From positions 480,001 to 512,000 of the forward strand of contig NZ_CP066019.1 in NCBI RefSeq assembly GCF_016127575.1: a stretch of DNA of 32,000 nucleotides, given 5' to 3'. This document shows positions 25,923-32,000 of this stretch, in pieces. The DNA is from Cupriavidus necator (GTDB taxonomy: Bacteria; Pseudomonadota; Gammaproteobacteria; Burkholderiales; Burkholderiaceae). Every line of letters starts with the position of its first letter. Position 1 is the stretch's first letter. Under the pieces are notes generated by a model. The model did no database searches, was not told where the DNA came from, and saw only the letters and a program-made list of their open reading frames with translations. The translations under genes and the position numbers were made by a program.

Positions 25923-26777
25923 ATGAGCAAGCGCGCTTTGCCGCTGGTGGATACCCACTTCCACGTCTTCGATGCCGGAGCGGCCGTGCCATCGGCCCGC
26001 TACCGGCCGCCCTATGCCGCTGACCTGAAGGACTGGCACGCCCGGCTTGCCGGATTGGGGGACATGTATGGGGTGGTGGTGCAGACCAGCTTTCTCGGCA
26101 CCGACAATGCGGCGCTGCTGGCCGCGCTGCAGGCCATGCCCGGGCGCTTGCGCGGCGTCGCGGTGGTCGGCCCTGAGGTAACGGATGCGGAACTGGCTAC
26201 GTTGCACGCGGCCGGCGTGCGGGGCATCCGCCTGAACCTGTACGGCGATCCGGACTGGCAGCGCATCGCCACCGTGCCGTGGCGCGGGCTGTTCTCCAGG
26301 ATCGCCGGGCTCGGCTGGCATGTCGAGCTCCATACCCGCAACGGCGATGGCGCCATGGTGCTGGCACAGCTTGACGCGGCCCTTGGCGATACCGGCGCGC
26401 CGGTCGTGCTTGACCACTTTGGCCGGCCCGGCCCCGCAGGAACCGCGGACGCGATCTTTGACGTGGCCTCTGCCGTGCGCGCGCGCCGCCAGGTCTGGGT
26501 GAAGATCAGCGCGCCGTACCGACTTGCATCCCCTCAGGACTGGCACGGGCTTGCGCAGAGATGGCGCGAAGTCGTGGGCGATGACCGCTTGCTGTGGGGC
26601 AGCGACTGGCCATGGACCAACCACGAGGCGCCGGCTCGGGTCGACGAGTGCCGGATGCTTGCCGCATGGCCGGGGCAAGGGGCGCCCGGTGACAGCGAAG
26701 CGGCCGGAGTGGCCTTGTCCGCTGCGCTCCGGTGGCGCAACGCCGCAGCGCTGTACGGGTTTGCGGTGAAGGGATAG
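25923..26777 (+). CDS. Amidohydrolase_2 family metal-dependent hydrolase (LigI/2-pyrone-4,6-dicarboxylate hydrolase-like)
   Basis: 284 aa with LVDTHFHVFD at the N-terminus, ...VVLDHFG... and ...LLWGSDWPW, matching the TIM-barrel amidohydrolase_2 pattern. Confidence 0.85.
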   Translation: MSKRALPLVDTHFHVFDAGAAVPSARYRPPYAADLKDWHARLAGLGDMYGVVVQTSFLGTDNAALLAALQAMPGRLRGVAVVGPEVTDAELATLHAAGVRGIRLNLYGDPDWQRIATVPWRGLFSRIAGLGWHVELHTRNGDGAMVLAQLDAALGDTGAPVVLDHFGRPGPAGTADAIFDVASAVRARRQVWVKISAPYRLASPQDWHGLAQRWREVVGDDRLLWGSDWPWTNHEAPARVDECRMLAAWPGQGAPGDSEAAGVALSAALRWRNAAALYGFAVKG

Positions 26778-26799
26778 CGGGCGGCTTGCGCCGCCGGCT

Positions 26800-27720
26800 T
26801 CAATCCAGCGCCAGCACCCCGGGAATCGCCTCCACCAGCAAATCGATCGTCACCCTCAGCTTGTGCGGCAGGAAACGGGTGCGCGGCCACACCAGGTGCA
26901 GCGGGGTCCGGATCACCGAGGCTTGCGGCAGCACGCGCACCAGCGTGCCCCGGTCCAGCGGCTCCCGCACCAGCCACAAGGGGACATTGACCAGGCCCGC
27001 GCCTCGTATGGCTGCCGCAGCGATGGTGTCGATATCGTCAAAGCCGAGACGGTGAGCCAGCTCAGGCCGCGCGATATTGCCGTCGGGCCCGGCCAGTGAC
27101 CAGGGCACGGACTGGCCGCCATGCATGTAGACGAGGCAGCGGTGCGAGGCCAGGTCGGCAATGCTGGCCGGCGTGCCATGCTTGCGCAGGTAGCCGGGCG
27201 CGGCACAGAGCACCATAGCCTGCATGCCCAGCGGACGTGCCACCAGCATGTCGCTGTCCGGCAGGCGCCCGCTGCGGATGGCCAGGTCGATGCCGTCGTC
27301 GGCGAAGTCGGCCAGCCGGTCGGTGAAATTCCCTTCCAGCCGCAATTGCGGATGACGGTCTGCCAGCTCCAGCAGCAGCGGCGCCACATGGTGGCGGCCG
27401 AACACTACCGGGGCACTCACGCGGACGCGGCCGGCCACTTCCCTGCGCCCGGCTTCCAGCATGTGCTGGGCGGCATCCAGGTCTTCCAGCGCCTGGGCAC
27501 AGCGTTCGTAGAAGGCCTGACCATCGTCGGTCAGCGCCAGGCTGCGCGTGGTGCGCACGAACAGGCGCGTGCCGACGCGAGCCTCAAGCCGGGCGATGGC
27601 CTTGCCGATGGCCGAGCGCGTCAGCCCAAGGCGCGCCGCGGCCTGGGCAAAGCTGCCGGCCTCCGCGGCGGCAACGAAGGCGGAGATCCCGGCCAGCCGG
27701 TCATGGGTAATTGGTTCCAT
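26800..27720 (-). CDS. LysR-family transcriptional regulator
   Basis: The start is the internal ATG at 27720. The HTH segment is ISAFVAAAEAGSFAQAAARLGLTRSAIGKAIARLEARVGTRLFVRTTRSLALTDDG. It is divergent from the oxidoreductase gene. Confidence 0.9.
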   Translation of the reverse strand: MEPITHDRLAGISAFVAAAEAGSFAQAAARLGLTRSAIGKAIARLEARVGTRLFVRTTRSLALTDDGQAFYERCAQALEDLDAAQHMLEAGRREVAGRVRVSAPVVFGRHHVAPLLLELADRHPQLRLEGNFTDRLADFADDGIDLAIRSGRLPDSDMLVARPLGMQAMVLCAAPGYLRKHGTPASIADLASHRCLVYMHGGQSVPWSLAGPDGNIARPELAHRLGFDDIDTIAAAAIRGAGLVNVPLWLVREPLDRGTLVRVLPQASVIRTPLHLVWPRTRFLPHKLRVTIDLLVEAIPGVLALD

Positions 27721-27812
27721 AAGATCTACATGAGAAGGACATCGATTGCCCAATGGCGCTGGCAGGGAATCAGTATAGTGGGTTCACCGTTTTCAACAGA
27801 CCGGAGTACCCC

Positions 27813-28826
27813 ATGACTTCCTCCATGCAGCGCTGGCAACTGTCCGCTTTCGGCCGCAACAACCTGCGTCGCGTCGACGCGCCCATTCCCGTGCCCGGTC
27901 CCGGCGAGGTGCTGGTGCGGGTCCATGCCGTGGCCTTGAACTACCGCGACCTGCTGATCATCCAGGACGGCATGGGCATGCCCGTGCAGCCGCCGCTGGT
28001 TCTCGGGTCGGACATGCGCGGCGAGGTGGTGGCGAGTGGCGATGGTGTAGCCGACTTTGCCCCTGGCGACGCCGTGATCAGCACCTTCTTCACCGGCTGG
28101 CTCGATGGCGTGCAGCCGCACCGCAGCATGCCGCTGGGCGTGCCGGGTCCCGGCATGCTGTCGGAGTACGTGGTATTGGCAGAGGACTCGCTGGTGTCGG
28201 CCCCGCGCACGCTGGACGCCGCGCAGGCCAGCACGCTGACCTGCGCCGGCCTGACGGCCTGGCAAGCCCTGGCTGAAGCGACGGTGACGCGGCCCGGCGA
28301 CACCGTCGTGGTGATCGGCACCGGCGGAGTGGCCCTGTTTGCGGTGCAGATCGCCCGCGCACAGGGGGCGCGCGTGATCGTGGTGTCAGGCAGCGACGAC
28401 AAGCTGGCGCGCGTGCAGGAGCTGGGCGCGGCGCATGGCGTCCATCGCGGCCGCACCGCTGACTGGCCGGCTGCCGTGCGCGAGCTGACCGGAGGCCGCG
28501 GTGCCGACCATGTGCTGGAACTGGCTGGCGGAGACAACTTCGGCCGGTCGCTTGCCGCGCTGGCGCAGGGCGGCCGGATCTCGGTGATCGGCAACCTTCA
28601 GGGGGATGAGCTGCGCGCCAGCGTCTATCCGGTGCTGCATGGCCGCGTGACCGTGCAGGGGATCGGCGTGTCGCACCGGCGCGCGCTGCAGGACCTGGTG
28701 CGTGCCGTGGACTGGTTGGGGCTGCGCCCGGTGATCGAGAGCGAGTACGGGTTCGGGGACTTGCCCGCGGCGCTCGACCACCTGGAACGCGGGGCCTTCG
28801 GCAAGGTGGTGGTGCGGCTGCGCTGA
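27813..28826 (+). CDS. Medium-chain dehydrogenase/reductase (NADPH:quinone oxidoreductase / Zn-ADH-like)
   Basis: Internal ATG after a ggag RBS. It contains PGPGEVLVRVHAVALNYRD and the Rossmann motif VVIGTGGVALFAVQIARAQGARVIV. Confidence 0.9.
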   Translation: MTSSMQRWQLSAFGRNNLRRVDAPIPVPGPGEVLVRVHAVALNYRDLLIIQDGMGMPVQPPLVLGSDMRGEVVASGDGVADFAPGDAVISTFFTGWLDGVQPHRSMPLGVPGPGMLSEYVVLAEDSLVSAPRTLDAAQASTLTCAGLTAWQALAEATVTRPGDTVVVIGTGGVALFAVQIARAQGARVIVVSGSDDKLARVQELGAAHGVHRGRTADWPAAVRELTGGRGADHVLELAGGDNFGRSLAALAQGGRISVIGNLQGDELRASVYPVLHGRVTVQGIGVSHRRALQDLVRAVDWLGLRPVIESEYGFGDLPAALDHLERGAFGKVVVRLR

Positions 28827-28842
28827 GGCGCGGGCCGGACTG

Positions 28843-29538
28843 CTATTTGCGAGCCTTGCCGCGCACGCTCTTCTTGGCCGCGGCGGCGCGCGCCGCTTCT
28901 TTTTCGGCCGCTGCCGCCGCGCCCAACTGCTCCAGCCAGGACATGCCCTCGACATAGGACAGGAAATGCCGCAGGTATTCCGGCGACGTCTCGCGCATCA
29001 GGGACAGCGAACGATGCACGAGATGGTCGGTATTGAGCGGCCCGGCATTCTCCGGCACGCGTTCCAGCGACAGGCGGAAGTGCTGCTCGACGCTGACCCT
29101 GGCCCAGGTCTCGCGGAAGTAGTCGGCCAGGGCGTCGACCAGCGGCGCGTCGGACTGGGGTGCGGTTGCCGGCACCGGCGTGGGCGATCGTGCATCGTTC
29201 GAGGCGATCGCGATGGCGGGCCTGGCGCGTGCGGTGATGTCGTGCACGAGTGCGCCAAGCGCGCTGGCTGTCGGGCCGGCTGTTGGCGCGGACGGCGCGG
29301 CACCATCGGCACCATCGCTATCCTGGCCTGTGTGCCGCTGCACGATGGCTGCATACGCGGCGGCCAGGCCACGCAGGCGCTCATCCAGCAAGCCCCGCAC
29401 CGCGCCACTGTGTGCGGCGGCGCGGCGGGCCAGTGCTTCCATCAGGCGGAAGCGCACGGGATCGGCCTGATCGGCGCCGCTGGCCTGCCAGGCGTCCAGT
29501 TGCGCGCGGATATCGGTTGCCACGTCGAGGCTAGCCAT
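28843..29538 (-). CDS. DUF2894-like protein (unknown function; third gene of the repeat-protein/MotB-like operon)
   Basis: 231 aa. Its start overlaps the upstream stop by 8 nt. It has an N-terminal helical region, an Ala/Pro/Ser-rich linker, a conserved-looking C-terminal region (FRLSLERVPENAGPLNTDHLVHRSL) and a basic tail. The family name comes from recalled gene context and is unverified. Confidence 0.7.
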   Translation of the reverse strand: MASLDVATDIRAQLDAWQASGADQADPVRFRLMEALARRAAAHSGAVRGLLDERLRGLAAAYAAIVQRHTGQDSDGADGAAPSAPTAGPTASALGALVHDITARARPAIAIASNDARSPTPVPATAPQSDAPLVDALADYFRETWARVSVEQHFRLSLERVPENAGPLNTDHLVHRSLSLMRETSPEYLRHFLSYVEGMSWLEQLGAAAAAEKEAARAAAAKKSVRGKARK

Positions 29539-30178
29539 GCGGCTTCACGGTGCCCGCGGTCACACGCGGCACCGGCGAGATCTCGACGCGCCGGTTCTTC
29601 GCGCGGCCCTCGGCATCGGCATTCGGTGTCACCGGCTGCTGCGAACCGAAGGCGGCCGAGAACACCGAGGTGGGCGGGATGCCGGCATCGATCAGGGTGC
29701 GGGTCACGGTCAGCGCGCGCTGCGCCGACAGCTCCCAGTTGTCGGCAAAGCGGCGGTTGCCTTCGCGCACCTGCTGGTCGTCGGTAAAGCCGCTCACCAT
29801 CAGGATCTCGTCGCGGCTGCGCAGGTAGGCCGACAACGGCTGCGCCAGGCTCTTCAGCAGATCGCGGCCTTCAGGTTGCAGCTGGTCTGAGTTGAGCGCA
29901 AACAGCACGTTGCCGCTGATGCCGATGCGGCCGTTCACCAGCGTCACGCGGCCGGCCGCCAGCGGCGCCGCCAGCGCCTTTTCCAGCGTCTCGCGGCGCT
30001 GTGCTTCCTCCTGCCGCTGCTTCACCTCGGCTTCCAGCCTGGCCGACAGTTCCATCTGCACGCCGATGACCCCCAGCAGGACGAGCACGAACGCGCCCAG
30101 CAGCACCGACATCAGGTCGCCGAAGACGGCCCAGGCCGGTACGGTCGGCTCGACGCCGGCGTCAAGGTCCTCTCTCAT
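29531..30178 (-). CDS. MotB-like OmpA-family protein (single TM with conserved Asp plus peptidoglycan-binding domain)
   Basis: The TM region AVFGDLMSVLLGAFVLVLLGV has the F-x-D-x-M-[ST] pattern of MotB. A coiled segment follows, then the OmpA-like domain (FALNSDQL...NWELSAQRALTVTRTLIDAGI...NRRVEI). Its ATG overlaps the upstream stop (ATGA). Confidence 0.9.
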   Translation of the reverse strand: MREDLDAGVEPTVPAWAVFGDLMSVLLGAFVLVLLGVIGVQMELSARLEAEVKQRQEEAQRRETLEKALAAPLAAGRVTLVNGRIGISGNVLFALNSDQLQPEGRDLLKSLAQPLSAYLRSRDEILMVSGFTDDQQVREGNRRFADNWELSAQRALTVTRTLIDAGIPPTSVFSAAFGSQQPVTPNADAEGRAKNRRVEISPVPRVTAGTVKPHG

Positions 30179-32000
30179 GCCGCCTCTGCGCTGGGCGCTT
30201 GCTGGCCGGCGCGCTGCTGCAGGTCCTCAAGGATCTGCTTTTGCGACAGCATGCTCAGGTCGACGACTTCGCGCGCCTGCGCCACGTAGTAGGCCAGTTG
30301 CTCGTCGCTGCGCGTCATCGACTTGTCCAGCGCGGCCTCGATGCGCTGCAGGTGGTCGATCAGCTTGCCGTTGGATTCGCTGAACAGCTGCACCGCCACG
30401 CCGAAGGCCTCGCCCAGGCTCGCGACTTCCACCGCACTGCCGGTGACCTGCGCGGCGATGTCGGTGAGCTTGCCGGTTTCGGCTTCGACCTTGTCGGTAA
30501 AGCGCGTGCCGACGCGGTCCAGCAGGTCCGCCGTGGTGGCGACCAGGGTGTCGACCGCGCTGCGCTGCTCAGTGGAGGCGCGGCTCACGGCATCGAGCAG
30601 CGTGCCCAGCGTTTCCAGCATGCGGCTGCGCTCTTCCAGCATGGCGTTGTCGCGCGCCATGCCGTCGGTGAGCTTCTCGCGCAGTTCTGCGATGACCTCC
30701 GCGGCGGCCTTGGGCGCTTCGGATGCGGCCTGCATCAGGTGGGCGACTTCGGCGATGGTGCCGGTGGCCTGGGCCTGCGCCTGGGCTGCCATGTCGCGCG
30801 CGGTGACGGCCAGCGTCTCGCAGATTTCCTGCTGGCGGCTGACGGTGTGCGCGCTGGCCTGTTCCCATTCCTGGCGCAGCGATGCGGCCATGGTGCCAAG
30901 CGTGTCAGTCCAGGCGGCCATGCGTTGCGCGTCCTGCGATGCCAGTTCCGCCTGCAATGTGGTGGCGGCCTTGGGTGCCTCGGCCGCGGCTTGCACCAGG
31001 CGGTCGATTTCGGCGAGTGTGGTGCTGGCATGCGCCTGCGTCTCGGTCGAGATCGCGCGCGCGGTCTGCGCCAGCGCCTCGCAGATCTCCTGCTGGCGCG
31101 TGGCGGCGTGCGTGCTGGCCTGTTCCCACTGCTGGCGCAGCGTGGCGGCGATGGTGCCGAGCGTATCGGTCCAGCCGGCAAAGCGCTGCTCATCGCGCGC
31201 AGCCAGCTCGGCCTGCAGCGCAACGGCCGCCTTTGGGGCATCCGTTGCGGCCTGCACCAGACGGTCGATCTCAGCGAGGGTGCGGCTGGCATGCGCCTGG
31301 GTCTGGGCCGAGATGTCGCGCACGCTCTGCGCCAGCGTCGTGCTGATCTCGTCCTGGCGGCTTACCGTGTGCGCGTTCAGCTGTTCCCATTCCTGGCGCA
31401 ACGCGGCTGTCATGGTGCCGAGCGTATCGGTCCAGGCGGCGAAGCGCTGTGCATCGCGCGCAGCCAGTTCCGCCTGCAGCGCGACGGCCGCCTTCGGCGC
31501 GTCCGACGCGGCTTGCACCAGGCGGTCGATTTCCGCGAGGGTCTGGCTGGCATGCGCCTGGGTCTGGGCCGAGATGTCGCGCACGCTCTGCGCCAGCGTT
31601 GTACTGATCTCGTCCTGGCGGCTTACCGTGTGGGTGTTCAGTTGCTCCCACTCCTGGCGCAGCGCTGCGGTCATGCTGTCGAGCGTATCGGCCCAGGTGG
31701 CAAAGCGCTGTTCGTCGCGCGAGGCCAGTTCCGCCTGCAGCGCAACGGCCGCCTTCGGGGCGTCCGAAGCGGCTTGCACAAGGCGGTCGATTTCCGCGAG
31801 GGTCTGGCTGGCATGCGCCTGGGTCTGGGCCGAGATGTCGCGCACGCTTTGCGCCAGCGTCGTGCTGATCTCGTCCTGGCGGCTTACCGTATGCGCGTTC
31901 AGCTGTTCCCACTCCTGGCGCAGGGCAGTCGTCATGGTGCCGAGCGTATCGGTCCAGGCCGACAGGCGCTGCGCGTCGTGCGCGGCCAGCTGCGTCTGCA
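30175..32000 (-). CDS. Large alpha-helical repeat protein (DUF802-type repeats), 5'-partial; N-terminus lies beyond the right edge
   Basis: The frame stays open to position 32000. The stretch before the tracked Met reads ...QTQLAAHDAQRLSAWTDTLGT, which is another repeat unit. At least 5 consecutive 87-aa units are present (consensus ALRQEWEQLNAHTVSRQDEISTTLAQSVRDISAQTQAHASQTLAEIDRLVQAASDAPKAAVALQAELAARDxQRFAxWTDTLGTM), plus a ~150-aa non-repeat C-terminus. Confidence 0.85.
   Translation of the reverse strand, partial: QTQLAAHDAQRLSAWTDTLGTMTTALRQEWEQLNAHTVSRQDEISTTLAQSVRDISAQTQAHASQTLAEIDRLVQAASDAPKAAVALQAELASRDEQRFATWADTLDSMTAALRQEWEQLNTHTVSRQDEISTTLAQSVRDISAQTQAHASQTLAEIDRLVQAASDAPKAAVALQAELAARDAQRFAAWTDTLGTMTAALRQEWEQLNAHTVSRQDEISTTLAQSVRDISAQTQAHASRTLAEIDRLVQAATDAPKAAVALQAELAARDEQRFAGWTDTLGTIAATLRQQWEQASTHAATRQQEICEALAQTARAISTETQAHASTTLAEIDRLVQAAAEAPKAATTLQAELASQDAQRMAAWTDTLGTMAASLRQEWEQASAHTVSRQQEICETLAVTARDMAAQAQAQATGTIAEVAHLMQAASEAPKAAAEVIAELREKLTDGMARDNAMLEERSRMLETLGTLLDAVSRASTEQRSAVDTLVATTADLLDRVGTRFTDKVEAETGKLTDIAAQVTGSAVEVASLGEAFGVAVQLFSESNGKLIDHLQRIEAALDKSMTRSDEQLAYYVAQAREVVDLSMLSQKQILEDLQQRAGQQAPSAEAA
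30631..32000 (-). repeat. In-frame tandem repeat, period exactly 261 bp (87 codons), at least 5.25 copies, continuing off the window
   Basis: The unit boundary motif (c/g)atggtgcc / catgctgtc recurs at 30889, 31150, 31411, 31672 and 31933, each exactly 261 bp apart. The three rightmost full units are near-identical at DNA level by eye. The units become more diverged toward 30631. Confidence 0.9.

Noticed and set aside
30735-31912. Alternative-frame ORFs inside the repeat array (30735..31292, 30882..31346, 31271..31912 and others)
   Set aside because: They are Pro/Arg/Gly-rich. They exist only because the 261-bp unit is repeated, so any open alternative frame is repeated too. The frame continuous with 30175..31935 gives a coherent helical repeat protein.
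30631-32000. Possibility that the periodic repeats are a CRISPR array or an IS/satellite element
   Set aside because: The units are contiguous with no unique spacers and are 261 bp long, far longer than CRISPR repeats. They maintain one open reading frame. No cas or transposase genes are nearby.

Overview
High-GC betaproteobacterial chromosomal segment. I infer Cupriavidus/Ralstonia-like Burkholderiaceae from two Bug/TctC-type binding proteins, a DUF802-type repeat protein and GC3-rich codon usage. Most of the window is ordinary catabolic, transport and regulator genes. Left to right: a LysR fragment; a DUF3100-like membrane protein plus an M20 amidohydrolase; a small hypothetical gene divergent from a MarR gene; and a stand-alone IscS-family cysteine desulfurase. 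A tightly packed 10-gene plus-strand operon follows at 5.6-15.0 kb: flavin reductase, HpaB-family monooxygenase, cupin, amidase, Liv-type binding protein, DUF2848-like protein, two ATPases and two permeases. After it come a DadA-like FAD oxidoreductase behind a tandem glycine riboswitch, and a TonB-dependent receptor with a BNR-propeller and a thioredoxin-like gene. Then come a GntR gene with two Bug genes, an amidohydrolase_2 gene, and a LysR gene paired with a quinone oxidoreductase. Two regions stand out. (1) A visibly low-GC four-gene insertion at about 15.3-17.1 kb encodes two PAAR-like proteins, a Tae4-family type VI peptidoglycan amidase effector and an overlapping 75-aa two-TM ORF. No T6SS core or mobility genes are in the window. 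(2) A translationally coupled minus-strand operon at 28.8-32.0 kb runs off the right edge. It encodes a long helical protein built from near-identical 261-bp (87-aa) tandem repeats, a MotB-like OmpA protein that keeps the TM aspartate, and a DUF2894-like protein. This is an uncharacterised, possibly stator-like envelope system. No rRNA, tRNA, CRISPR, transposase or integrase was seen. Family names are recalled from motif recognition by eye and need HMM confirmation.
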